Of a DNA stretch of 29,480 nt, positions 17,069 through 26,928 are shown in pieces; position 1 is the first letter of the stretch, and every line of letters starts with the position of its first letter. Position numbers and translations under genes: made by a program. Source of the DNA: an uncultured bacterium (GTDB lineage Bacteria; Hydrogenedentota; Hydrogenedentia; Hydrogenedentales; JAEUWI01); the NCBI GenBank assembly GCA_963977445.1, contig CAXBPH010000062.1:1-29480 (forward strand). The letters are read 5' to 3'. The notes beneath the pieces were generated by a model. It made no database searches. It saw only the letters and a program-made list of their open reading frames with translations, and was not told the origin of the DNA.

Positions 17069-19360
17069 CTACAACTGGCTCAATATCCATTGGCAGTTGA
17101 CGACCTTCTCGACCAAGTCCATGGGCAGGTAAAAATACTGGCAGGAGGGTTCGAAGCCGATGCGTGAATCCTCTTTAACCAACGTATAGAGTTCCTTGGC
17201 CAATACAATCTCGGATTCCACCGCCGTCTTCATTTCTCCACGAAGCTTCGCCTTTTCTTCATCACTCATGGTGGCATCGGCGGCAGCCAGGGCATCCCGT
17301 GCGGTGACGAAGCGGGACTGGTTGGCCACAGCCTGGAAGTGGTTTGCAGCGGCCTTGGCATAGCGCAAGTCCGTGGCGACCTGGGTCTTCATCCCTTCGG
17401 GAGCCGTCTTCACCGCTTGTTCCAGTAAAGCAATGCCGGGACGCCATCCGTCGACGACTTTCTCAAACTGGGCCGCGAAAATATCCCGGGGATAGGGACC
17501 GCGCCATCCATCGATGTTGTCATAGGGGATGCCCCACATGGTGGCGCTGTAGCCCGTGCTCGTGAGGTACAACGGGTTGGCCGAACCCCACTGGACGGGG
17601 CAGGTGTAGACCACGCTGATATGGAAGGGATACTCGCGAAAGGCGTCGCTCATCTGGGTCCAGGCCTGTCGGGCGAGGGGGGCGCCTTCAACGCCGTAGC
17701 GTTCCGTGGCAATCTCATTGAGGACCGTGTCGATGCTGGGTGCGGGGGAGCGGCTGAGCCGTTGGGCCAGCTCGATATTGGGGGAAGGATGGCCCCCCAT
17801 GGTCCACCCGATAAACATGGCGTCCAGGTTGGCTTCAGTAAGCAGGTTGTTGCAATGCTCGGCGACCAAATCCATCACGGGCAGATAGGGCACGGTGGCA
17901 ATTTCACAGGTGTTGTTAAATTGAATTTCCGTTCCCGTTTTCAGACCCATGGACTGGGCCAGTTTCCAATGGGGCACGGCACGGGGGCCGGGGCCGACGG
18001 ACGAGATGGAGTATTCGCCGACGGTCGATTTGATGCCACCCCGCTCGATGGGGAGGTGCCATTCACTGACCGACATGAGCCAGATATCCTCGGGAAGTTT
18101 TTCAATGACGCTCAGGGAGTCGCCGTGGCCTTTCCAGCCCCAATCGGAGATGAGGACGTTGGCGTCGGGATTACCCCGATGGACCCCTTCTTCCAACACG
18201 GAAACGACCTCAGCGAGGATTTCATCGTCGCTACGGTCTTTGCAGCGTGGGCATGCCTTCCAACCACCGTGGGAGGCGCAGTTGGTGAGGTTTTCTGAGG
18301 CGGAAATGGCATAGATACCGCCGAGTCCGGGCACTTCGGTGAAGATGTGGGCGAGGGAATCACTCATCCACTGACGGACTTCCGGTACGGAGGTGCACAG
18401 GGCCGTAAGTTCACCGCTGGTGACACCGGCCAGTTCGGGGTGCTTCTCGAAGAAATCGGCGGGCATGCCCCGAGGTTCATTGATGTAGAGGTAAATCTTC
18501 ACGCCAAATTTTTCGGCACGATCCACCATGGCACGCAGATTTTTCAGGCGGACGTCATGGCCTTCGCCAAACTCGGGAAAGGTCGCGCCACCGGGTGCCA
18601 GGTCGCGCAAAACGGCGTGGAGCCAGACGCCGTTGATGCCGCCCTCAGAAAGACGCTGGAGGAAGCCGTCGGGATAGGGGTCCAGCTTCGGGTCGAGGAG
18701 GGGGTCACCAAACACGGCCACATAGGAATGGACGATGCGCTGAAAGTCGGTCGATTCGGGACGTTCAAAATCGGGTACGTCTGTGCTGAGTCGGCGAACG
18801 AAGTCGAAACGAGGCTCTCCCTCGACCGCGAGGGCATTGCCAAACTGAGCCTCCACCACCCCACGAATTTCGGCGACCCGCTTTTTGGCGGCCTCATCGG
18901 GTGCGGTGTAATGAAGGGGCTCGACCGCAGGCTTCGTGCGCCCGAGCTTGACCCAGAGGAAGTCTTCTTCCCGCAGCATGACATCCAAGTGTTCCGCGGT
19001 CATATCGAGGAGTTCCAGCAACTGGGCGTAAGGCAGGAGATGCCAATTGCGACGAATGATGCTGACATAGCCCCGTTCCCGCATCGCCGGGGGAATCTGG
19101 GCAACTTCGGGAAGTCCCATCGAAACGGCCATTGCCGTGATGTCATCGGCAGAGGCACCAACGACCGCTGCAATTTTTTCCGGGGGGACCACATTCCAAT
19201 TGCGCCAGACGAACTCGTGTAGACGGTTGGGAAAGTGGGCGCTCTCGAGAGCGGGTGCGCCCGGTCCATGGGGCAATATAGATATATCCCCATGGGCATA
19301 GATACATCCCAAGAGGGCAGCCACGGTTACACAGACTATTCGGCAGGCGGAAGGTAGCAT
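17069..19360 (-). CDS. Secreted hypothetical protein, probable glycoside-hydrolase-like barrel
   Basis: 763-aa ORF with signal peptide and GGAG RBS. Barrel-like motifs GINGVWLH, RAEKFGVKIYLYINEP, FTEVPGLGG and ISDWGW. Confidence 0.65.
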   Translation of the reverse strand: MLPSACRIVCVTVAALLGCIYAHGDISILPHGPGAPALESAHFPNRLHEFVWRNWNVVPPEKIAAVVGASADDITAMAVSMGLPEVAQIPPAMRERGYVSIIRRNWHLLPYAQLLELLDMTAEHLDVMLREEDFLWVKLGRTKPAVEPLHYTAPDEAAKKRVAEIRGVVEAQFGNALAVEGEPRFDFVRRLSTDVPDFERPESTDFQRIVHSYVAVFGDPLLDPKLDPYPDGFLQRLSEGGINGVWLHAVLRDLAPGGATFPEFGEGHDVRLKNLRAMVDRAEKFGVKIYLYINEPRGMPADFFEKHPELAGVTSGELTALCTSVPEVRQWMSDSLAHIFTEVPGLGGIYAISASENLTNCASHGGWKACPRCKDRSDDEILAEVVSVLEEGVHRGNPDANVLISDWGWKGHGDSLSVIEKLPEDIWLMSVSEWHLPIERGGIKSTVGEYSISSVGPGPRAVPHWKLAQSMGLKTGTEIQFNNTCEIATVPYLPVMDLVAEHCNNLLTEANLDAMFIGWTMGGHPSPNIELAQRLSRSPAPSIDTVLNEIATERYGVEGAPLARQAWTQMSDAFREYPFHISVVYTCPVQWGSANPLYLTSTGYSATMWGIPYDNIDGWRGPYPRDIFAAQFEKVVDGWRPGIALLEQAVKTAPEGMKTQVATDLRYAKAAANHFQAVANQSRFVTARDALAAADATMSDEEKAKLRGEMKTAVESEIVLAKELYTLVKEDSRIGFEPSCQYFYLPMDLVEKVVNCQWILSQL

Positions 19361-19635
19361 TTGAAAAGGGTCTCCGTACGACGTCCTCTAGAGGACGTGC
19401 TCCAATGGGGCTCAAACGATATGGCGACGCCCTCTGATGAGGCAAAACGGCGTCTGCCAGAGCATACGGGTATTTTTGGGAGGTTGCAAGATCAGTACGT
19501 GCTGAACCGGTCTGGGATGGGGAATTTATGGCTATTAAAAATTTAATTGGCATGCTACTATACGGTTGCGTTTCGATGTTTTATTACTTTTGGGGGTAGC
19601 CCTTGTCGACGACGATGCCATGGAAAGGTCGCACG

Positions 19636-21339
19636 ATGAAGACCGGGTGGTCACGGTACTATCTCTATGCCAGCTACGCCGCGATCACGACGGGGTTTCT
19701 GGTGGCTTTTCTCCTGGCACCTGCAGCGGTGAGTAGCGTACGCGCGGTGTTGTTTGTTGTGTGTTTACTGCTCGTGGTGTTTCAGGGCATGCTCGTGTTT
19801 CGCAACATCAGGAAGCTCGAGGCAGATCTGGCCCGCCATCAGGAGGCCGAGCGGATGGTACATCTCGGTCATTGGTATTGGGATATACCGACGGGTGACG
19901 TTACCTGGTCAGACGAGGTCTATCATATTTTCAGGCTGGACCCGGAAACCTTTGTTCCTCAAATCGACTCCATCATGTCCCTGTCTCCCTGGCCCGATGA
20001 AAACAAACGTGATCAGGAAGTTATAGAGCGAGCGATGAAAAGCAGGCAGACGGGAGCCTTTGAACAGCGCTTTCTTTTTCCTGATGGCGAAACCGGATAC
20101 TATTTCTCCAGCTTTCACGGGGTCTACAACGCCGATGGCACCGTGCGCGCCGTGCGGGGCACGGTGCAGGACATAACCGAGCGCAAGAAATTCGCCATCC
20201 AACTCTCCACAATTCATCAGGCCATCGACAATTCGTTAAATGCATTCGACATCATCGATGAGGATGGCAAATTCGTTTATGTGAACAAGGCCTATGTCAG
20301 GATGTGGGGATATGAATCAGCCGAGGAAATACTGGGGACTTCCCCTGCAAATCATTGTGCCGATGTAAATACCCCCCGTGAGATTGTTCACGAATTAAAA
20401 AATACCGGAGAGTGCATCAGAGAATTCACGGCCCGTCGTAAAGATGGCAGTGAATTTGACGTCCTCATGTATGCGCGCCTCGATCATGATTATCAAGATC
20501 GGGAAATCTATCCGACGACGGCCATCGATATCAGCGAACGCAAGCGCACCGAATCCGAACTTTCCGACTATAGAAATCATCTGGAAACCTTGGTTAAGGA
20601 GCGGACACAGGCATTGGAAATGGCCCAGGCCGAGTTGCTCAAGAGGGAGCGAATGGAGGCGCTTGGTCAGTTGATTGCTACGGTAAGCCACGAACTTCGT
20701 AATCCCCTTGGAACGATTCGGGCATCGCTCTACGTAATTACGGAGCGGACGCGGAATAAAGAGATTGATGTGCTCCGGCCCATCGAGCGCGCTGACCGAA
20801 GCATTGAGCGATGTGTCCGTATTATCGATGAGTTACTGGATTACACGCGAACCCGTGTCCTCTCGCGTCAGATTACGGAAATGGGCACGTGGTTGAGTGC
20901 GACGCTGGAGGGATTTTTGATTCCGGAAGGTATCGAGGTCGAACGGGATTTTGCGAGCGATATTAAAATATGTCTGGATCAGGTGAACGTCCAGCGTTGT
21001 CTGAGCAATATCTGGAAGAATGCATGTGATGCACTCTTGGATGATCATGGTTGTCATGTCGGTGGGGGGCGGGCCCGTCTTGCGGTGTCCAGTCGGGTAG
21101 AGGGGGATTTTTTTGTCATTGCAAGCCGGGACAATGGTTGCGGAATTCGCGACGAGGATCGAGACCACCTCTTCGAACCATTGTTCAGTACGAAAGGCTT
21201 CGGTGTCGGACTGGGTTTGAATATGGCGGCCGATATTCTCTCATTATTGGGTGGCAATATAGATGTCGAGAGTGCTGGGAATGGGGAAACGGTGGTAACA
21301 ATACGTATACCAATGGGTGACTCCGTCCCGATAAGTTGA
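19636..21339 (+). CDS. Membrane-bound PAS/PAC sensor histidine kinase
   Basis: Two TM segments and two PAS domains (WSDEVYHIF...GTVQDITERK; YVNKAYVRMWGY...DISERK). H-box VSHELRNPL, N-box KNACDA, DNGCGI, LFEPLFSTK, GVGLGL. GAAAGG RBS before ATG 19636. Confidence 0.93.
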   Translation: MKTGWSRYYLYASYAAITTGFLVAFLLAPAAVSSVRAVLFVVCLLLVVFQGMLVFRNIRKLEADLARHQEAERMVHLGHWYWDIPTGDVTWSDEVYHIFRLDPETFVPQIDSIMSLSPWPDENKRDQEVIERAMKSRQTGAFEQRFLFPDGETGYYFSSFHGVYNADGTVRAVRGTVQDITERKKFAIQLSTIHQAIDNSLNAFDIIDEDGKFVYVNKAYVRMWGYESAEEILGTSPANHCADVNTPREIVHELKNTGECIREFTARRKDGSEFDVLMYARLDHDYQDREIYPTTAIDISERKRTESELSDYRNHLETLVKERTQALEMAQAELLKRERMEALGQLIATVSHELRNPLGTIRASLYVITERTRNKEIDVLRPIERADRSIERCVRIIDELLDYTRTRVLSRQITEMGTWLSATLEGFLIPEGIEVERDFASDIKICLDQVNVQRCLSNIWKNACDALLDDHGCHVGGGRARLAVSSRVEGDFFVIASRDNGCGIRDEDRDHLFEPLFSTKGFGVGLGLNMAADILSLLGGNIDVESAGNGETVVTIRIPMGDSVPIS

Positions 21340-21483
21340 GTGGAAGGGCGGCCGTTGATTGGTATGTCGGTTTAAAACATGCTAGCGTTACCACTGAAAT
21401 TGACGCGGTTTGTCCGCCGGTGGCCAAGAGAGATTTCTTCAGGGGATAGCTCGGAAAGCGGTACTATGAGGGAGAGTTTGTAG

Positions 21484-23610
21484 ATGGAATGGGAATCCAA
21501 TGCGACAGCACGCTACCAGGCCTGCTGGGACGATATAGAGCGGGCGTGTCAGCGCATAGGAAGCAGTAGAGAAGAAGCGTTGACGCGCTATGAGGCAGCG
21601 GTACAAGGCGAGTTGGCGCGTCGCGCTGAGCCTGTGGTGACGGTGTTCGTGTTAGACCAGATTCTCCAAGACATCGGCGCACCCGAAGCGATGGCAGGCG
21701 TCGCACCGGTCGGGGCCGCTTCAGGGCCGCCACCATTACCCACGCCCCCGCCATTGCCCAGCGCATCCATCGTCGCGCCGTCTCTCGCGGCCCATGCTAC
21801 GCGCCGCCGGAATGCAGCATTGCCTAAGGAGGAGGGGAAGAGCCCCTATCTACTTGGGTGTTCCATACTTGCCGTTTCCATGGTCTTATTCATAATCGCC
21901 ACGACTTTTGGAATGCCCTATCTCGTCAAAATGGAATGGGAGGCCGACCGAAGTCAGTGCGCCGCTAACATTGCAGAAATCGGTCAACTCGTGTCATTGC
22001 ATAGGGACCCGCAGACGGGATACTTCCCGCCCCTTGCCGTCGGTCAGGAACCCTTCCTTTTTGGCGGCGAGGCATTCGACCAACTGGAAGTTTCACTCCT
22101 GCGTTGTCCCAGTGCCTGGTATGAGGAGGAAGACGAGGAGGAGATTCTATCGGACGCCGACTACATCTATCTCGGTTACGCAGTACGCAACCAATCCGAG
22201 ATGGATTCTTATATCAAAAACTACGTCAGTAAAGGGGGGGTGATCGAGGAATTCATGGCGCAGGACCGTATTCACCACGGCCCCACCGGCCTCCTTGAGC
22301 GTCTCCGCCCCGATCTTCCAGATGCCGCGGCTATCCCCGTGCTCGTGGAATGGAATGTCTACCATTTTCCTGACGGCGGCCACGTGTACTATCTCGATGG
22401 TCACGTGGAGTACCTCGCAATGGAAGAGGCCTTTCCCATGACGGAAGATTTCTTTTCGTCAATTTACGACGGCATGGCCGCAGAAAACCTGGGGAAGTGC
22501 GAAGACAACCTGCACGGTATCTGGGAAACGCTGGTGGCCCAGGCCGAGGCCAATGAACAAGTTTATCCGCCCTTGTCCACCGAATTGGATAGCTTTATCT
22601 TTGGGGGGGAGGCCCTCTCCGCTGTCGACGCGGCCTTACTTCGTTGTCCCAGTTCCGGCTATGAAGAGGTGGCCGGCTCCATCTACGGGTCGGACTACTA
22701 CTATTTGGGCTATGCCATTGACGATCAGGAAGCCATGGATGACTTCGTTACCGTCTATCGGGAGTCGGGTGGCACGAATGGGAATCTACCTCAGGGTGAC
22801 GGTCTCCAGGGGCTTCACCGTCAGATTCCGAGACTCAGGATGGACTTGCCCGACGCCGATACGATACCGATTCTGGTGGAGTCGGAGGGCAATCATGCCG
22901 ATCAGGGGGCCCATGTCGTCTATCTTGATGGGCACATCGATTTTATACCCTATGGAGATAAATTTCCCGTCACCTCTGAGTTCTACGAGGGACTGAACGA
23001 AGCCCTCGATTTTCGGCATCGTGCGCAGTGTTACGAGAACCTGGTAGCCCTGGGACAACTCTTGAAGGCGGAAGGCGAAAAGAACGAGGGCAACTATCCC
23101 CAGATCGATCCCGATGGAGAACCCTTTCTTTTTGACGGTGAATTGCGTGAGACCATGGATATTAAGCTTTTGCGCTGTCCGGCGATGGCGTATGAGGGGG
23201 AGTCGGACGAAGATATAATCTACGACGCCGACTATATTTACCTCGGATTTGCCATCCAGAATCACGCCGAGCTCGATACCTATATGTCCATATACGGAAA
23301 TGAGGAATTCGGGGTCGATGGCCTGAATCAGTCAGATGTGCTCAGCGGAACGGCTGGAGACATCCCGAAATTACGACAGGATCTTCCCAACCCGGAAAAC
23401 ATCCCGGTTCTCATTGAATGGTGCGGTTTTCATAGCGCTTCCGGAGGGCATGTTTTGTACCTGGATGGCCATGTGGAATTTGTCTCCATGGAGAGCAAGT
23501 ACCCGATGACGACCGGATTCTTCGATAGCCTTTATCCAGATGCGGAGCCGGAGTCGCCGTGGTCTCTCTTTTGGGACGGCGTGCGACAAGGCTTTCTTGA
23601 GGGGCCGTAG
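21484..23610 (+). CDS. Membrane protein with a HAAS-like N-terminus, Pro-rich linker, one TM and three tandem DUF1559/H-X9-DG-like domains
   Basis: Three ~180-aa repeats, each with C..N, (F/Y)P, LLRCP, DY.YLG(Y/F)A, LR.DLP, IP(V/I)L(V/I)E, H...G.HV.YLDGH and (F/Y)P.T..F. GAGGGAG RBS. Confidence 0.85.
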   Translation: MEWESNATARYQACWDDIERACQRIGSSREEALTRYEAAVQGELARRAEPVVTVFVLDQILQDIGAPEAMAGVAPVGAASGPPPLPTPPPLPSASIVAPSLAAHATRRRNAALPKEEGKSPYLLGCSILAVSMVLFIIATTFGMPYLVKMEWEADRSQCAANIAEIGQLVSLHRDPQTGYFPPLAVGQEPFLFGGEAFDQLEVSLLRCPSAWYEEEDEEEILSDADYIYLGYAVRNQSEMDSYIKNYVSKGGVIEEFMAQDRIHHGPTGLLERLRPDLPDAAAIPVLVEWNVYHFPDGGHVYYLDGHVEYLAMEEAFPMTEDFFSSIYDGMAAENLGKCEDNLHGIWETLVAQAEANEQVYPPLSTELDSFIFGGEALSAVDAALLRCPSSGYEEVAGSIYGSDYYYLGYAIDDQEAMDDFVTVYRESGGTNGNLPQGDGLQGLHRQIPRLRMDLPDADTIPILVESEGNHADQGAHVVYLDGHIDFIPYGDKFPVTSEFYEGLNEALDFRHRAQCYENLVALGQLLKAEGEKNEGNYPQIDPDGEPFLFDGELRETMDIKLLRCPAMAYEGESDEDIIYDADYIYLGFAIQNHAELDTYMSIYGNEEFGVDGLNQSDVLSGTAGDIPKLRQDLPNPENIPVLIEWCGFHSASGGHVLYLDGHVEFVSMESKYPMTTGFFDSLYPDAEPESPWSLFWDGVRQGFLEGP

Positions 23611-23904
23611 CAGGCGCTACCCAGGAATATACGCACAACCTTCCGTAGCGGGGGGGCTCAGGGGCCCCGTTCCCGATCCATGCTGTACTGAACGAGGCAG
23701 ATTTGCTGTAGTACATTCACCCCGGATGTGCGCAAATAAGGGGGGCAGCCTGCCGGCGCGCGACTTCTTGCGCGACGGTGTTCAGCGAAGACACCTATGG
23801 CCAGCATTATCCCGCAGGCTACGTTGCTATCCATGGCAAAAAGAAGGTTTGCGACCTTACCCGAGTGCGGGTAGTGTTCAATTGAACATATCTGTTATGC
23901 GCAT

Positions 23905-23961
23905 TTGTGACCTTGCTTACAACCACTCGGCCTAAAATCATCTATTTGGAATAGATATAAT
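23905..23961 (+). promoter_or_regulatory. Crp/Fnr (HcpR-like) box and TATAAT upstream of the cytochrome/HAO operon
   Basis: TTGTGAccttgcTTACAA at 23905-23922 and TATAAT at 23956-23961. Additional palindrome TGTTCAATTGAACA at 23875-23888. Confidence 0.4.
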
Positions 23962-24084
23962 GGGTGTTTTGGAGGTGTTTCGCGACCGATTGCTCAAAGG
24001 AAGTGTTGGAATGACTCTTGCGTCATCCATCGTGTAGGTTGACCAAGTCACCAGCGAGGAGAGCAACAAGAGGTGTCGCAGCGC

Positions 24085-24747
24085 ATGAACGGAACATATT
24101 ACTTGGCGTTTTTACGCAAAGTCACCGTTGTCGCCAGTCTGGCAGCAATCGTTGCAGGCTGTTCCGAAAGCTATCCGCCGAAAGAGGGCCTCTATCAACG
24201 TCAGGTTGATGGTGAAGTCTTTGATATCACGCCCGTTCGGGGGGCACTGAAACCGCTCCGATACAAACGGGGCTCCTTCGACTATGCCTGCACCGAGTGT
24301 CACAATGACTTCGCCAGTCCCCGTCGCCAAAATCCGCTTCAGGGCGAACACGCCGACATTGATGCCCGTTTTGACCATGGCATGAATACCTATTGCGTCA
24401 ATTGTCACCACCAGACCGACCGGAACGTTTATGTAGATCACGATGGCAGCCCCATTCCATCGACCGAGCCGGCGCGGCTTTGTGCCAAGTGTCACGGTCC
24501 CACCTATCGGGAATGGGAACTGGGAATTCATGGACGCCAAAACGGGAGTTGGGAACGAAACAGCCCGAATCGCACAAAACTCCTGTGCATTCAGTGCCAC
24601 GATCCCCATCAGCCCGCTTTTCCGATGATGGTACCCGATCCGCCCACCATAGTGACTCGGTTTGATGTCGGGGGTGCAGAGGAATCACCTCATTCACCGG
24701 CCAATGAAAGCGCAAAACCACGAGGGGAGACGGAACATGGCAGATGA
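24085..24747 (+). CDS. Tetraheme c-type cytochrome, probable lipoprotein
   Basis: CxxCH x4 (CTECH, CVNCH, CAKCH, CIQCH) and lipobox VAGC. GAGGTG RBS before ATG 24085. Confidence 0.9.
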   Translation: MNGTYYLAFLRKVTVVASLAAIVAGCSESYPPKEGLYQRQVDGEVFDITPVRGALKPLRYKRGSFDYACTECHNDFASPRRQNPLQGEHADIDARFDHGMNTYCVNCHHQTDRNVYVDHDGSPIPSTEPARLCAKCHGPTYREWELGIHGRQNGSWERNSPNRTKLLCIQCHDPHQPAFPMMVPDPPTIVTRFDVGGAEESPHSPANESAKPRGETEHGR

Positions 24748-25654
24748 TGTAAGCAGCAAGATTAAGCGGCGAAGCTTTCTGAAAGCCGGGGCTGGTGCAG
24801 CCATTGTTGGTGCCCTTGTTGCCACCGTGGCCCCCCTGCGCAATCTGAAGGCCGGTTCGCTGGATGGTTTCTTCCAGCAGCACTATAAACGCCTGTCGGT
24901 GGCCGATTTGCAGGCCATCATCGCGCGATTGGAAGGGGAAATCGGGCGGGACTATGGTGCGGCCGTTTCCATAAAAGACCCGAAGCCAAAGCCCGGGGTG
25001 CGCTTTGCCTATGCCCTTAATTTGAGTCGCTGCAATGGCTCCCGGCGTTGCGTTACGGCCTGTGTACAGGAAAACAACCAGTCCCGTGATCCCGCCATTC
25101 AATACATTAAGGTGCTGGAGATGCCGAGCGGGACCTTCGATTTGGAGAAATCGGATCAGCACTACGACCATGAGCAGGTCCCTATGGATGGTAAATTCTA
25201 TCTGCCTGTCCAGTGTCAACAATGTGAGGACCCACCCTGCACCAAGGTTTGCCCGGTGGAGGCGACGTGGAAAGAGCCGGACGGAATTACCGTCATCGAT
25301 TACGACTGGTGTATTGGCTGTCGCTATTGCATGGCTGCCTGTCCCTACGAAGCACGTCGTTTCAATTTCAGTAAGCCGGAGATACCCACGGAAGATATCA
25401 ATCCGAACATGGGTTATTTGAGCAACCGAATCCGGCCGGCGGGCGTGGTGGAAAAGTGTCACTTTTGCCTCCACCGAACGAGAGAAGGAAAGAATCCAGC
25501 CTGTCTGGAAGTGTGCCCCACGGGAGCGCGGGTCTTTGGCGATCTCAATGACCCCGAGAGCGAGATTCGCTACATAGTTCAGAACAAACGAACGTATATC
25601 TTAAAGGAAGAGGCGGGTACCATACCGGCTTTTTTCTACTATTTTGATGTGTAA
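24737..25654 (+). CDS. Tat-exported 4Fe-4S ferredoxin subunit (NrfC/DsrO/PsrB family)
   Basis: KRRSFLK Tat motif; CNGSRRCVTAC, CQQCEDPPCTKVCP, CIGCRYCMAACP and CHFC...ACLEVCP. GGGGAG RBS. Confidence 0.92.
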   Translation: MADDVSSKIKRRSFLKAGAGAAIVGALVATVAPLRNLKAGSLDGFFQQHYKRLSVADLQAIIARLEGEIGRDYGAAVSIKDPKPKPGVRFAYALNLSRCNGSRRCVTACVQENNQSRDPAIQYIKVLEMPSGTFDLEKSDQHYDHEQVPMDGKFYLPVQCQQCEDPPCTKVCPVEATWKEPDGITVIDYDWCIGCRYCMAACPYEARRFNFSKPEIPTEDINPNMGYLSNRIRPAGVVEKCHFCLHRTREGKNPACLEVCPTGARVFGDLNDPESEIRYIVQNKRTYILKEEAGTIPAFFYYFDV

Positions 25655-25666
25655 AGGTAGCTGGTA

Positions 25667-26917
25667 ATGGTGAAAGACTACATACAATTCCTGGGGCGGG
25701 CCTGCAAGCTCAGTTTTACGGGTGGTAGCACCTTTTATGCGTGGATGATTTTCCTCACCATTCTCTGTGGCATCGGGGGAAATGCCTACATGAACCAGTT
25801 CGTAACGGGGCTGGCCTCTACCGGTATGACCGACCAGGTTTCCTGGGGAGCCTATATTGCCAACTTCACTTTCCTTGTGGGGGTGGCCGCCGCCGCCGTG
25901 ATGCTGGTGATACCCGCCTATGTCTATAAGAACAAGGAAATGCACGATGTCGTGTTGTTCGGGGAATTGCTGGCCATAGCCGCCATTGTTATGTGTCTCA
26001 TTTTCGTGACCGTCGACCTGGGACGTCCCGATCGGTTCTGGCACCTCATACCGATAGTCGGAAAGTTTAATTTTCCCATATCCCTGCTGTCCTGGGATGT
26101 GATCGTGTTGAATGGCTACCTGCTGTTGAACCTTCACATCTGCGGCTATCTTCTTTTCTGCAAATACATGGACCGGAAACCAACTTGGCTGTTTTATATT
26201 CCCTTCGTCTTTATAGCCATCCTCTGGGCGGTAAGTATTCACACGGTTACAGCGTTTCTCTATGTCGGCCTCGTGGGGCGCCCTTTCTGGAATGCCGCGA
26301 TAATTGCCCCGCGCTTTTTATGCTCCGCTTTCGTGGCGGGTCCCGCTATATTGATACTCGCATTTCAGGTGATCCGGCGAATTTCCGACTACAGAATTCC
26401 AGACAAAGGCCTCCATCTACTTCGGAATATTGTAACGACGGCGCTGCTTATCAACCTTTTCTTGTTTTCGTGCGAAGTCTTCAAAGAGTACTACTCCGGT
26501 GCCCTGCACAGTGCGTCCATGACCTATCTGCTACAGGGGCTCGAGCACCACGGGGAGACCTACACCGCGTTGGTGCCCTGGATTTGGTCCGCCTTGCTAC
26601 TCGAAGTTGTTGCCGCCGTCATTCTCATTACACCCCTTGGTCGAAAAATAGGCTATCTGGACGCCGCCTGTGTGTGCTGCATCATCGGGGTCTGGATCGA
26701 AAAAGGTATGGGACTCATTATTCCTGGATTTATTCCTACGCCACTGGGGAACGTGGTGGAATACGTTCCCAGCACAAACGAACTACTAGTCTGTATGGGC
26801 ACCTGGGCATTCGGAATTCTGTTGTATTCCTGGATGCTGCGGCTGGCCATTCCAATAATGTCGGGACAATTCAGCCATAGGCATGGAATCGCCCTGTCGT
26901 CACACCACAGTGAATAA
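25667..26917 (+). CDS. nrfD: NrfD/PsrC/DsrP-family quinol-oxidising membrane subunit
   Basis: About 10 TM segments; SWGAYIANFTFLVGVAA, VDLGRPDRFWH, SLLSWD, HTVTAFL and WIEKGMGLIIPG. The symbol denotes the family only. Confidence 0.9.
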   Translation: MVKDYIQFLGRACKLSFTGGSTFYAWMIFLTILCGIGGNAYMNQFVTGLASTGMTDQVSWGAYIANFTFLVGVAAAAVMLVIPAYVYKNKEMHDVVLFGELLAIAAIVMCLIFVTVDLGRPDRFWHLIPIVGKFNFPISLLSWDVIVLNGYLLLNLHICGYLLFCKYMDRKPTWLFYIPFVFIAILWAVSIHTVTAFLYVGLVGRPFWNAAIIAPRFLCSAFVAGPAILILAFQVIRRISDYRIPDKGLHLLRNIVTTALLINLFLFSCEVFKEYYSGALHSASMTYLLQGLEHHGETYTALVPWIWSALLLEVVAAVILITPLGRKIGYLDAACVCCIIGVWIEKGMGLIIPGFIPTPLGNVVEYVPSTNELLVCMGTWAFGILLYSWMLRLAIPIMSGQFSHRHGIALSSHHSE

Positions 26918-26928
26918 AGGAGAGCACA

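Noticed and set aside
19426..19454. CTGATGAG inside a GACGCC/GGCGTC stem, suggesting a hammerhead ribozyme
   Set aside because: No stem II followed by GAAA, so the catalytic core is incomplete.
24737..26917. DsrOP of dissimilatory sulfite reduction
   Set aside because: No dsrMK or dsrAB in the window; the neighbours are a tetraheme cytochrome and an HAO-family protein.
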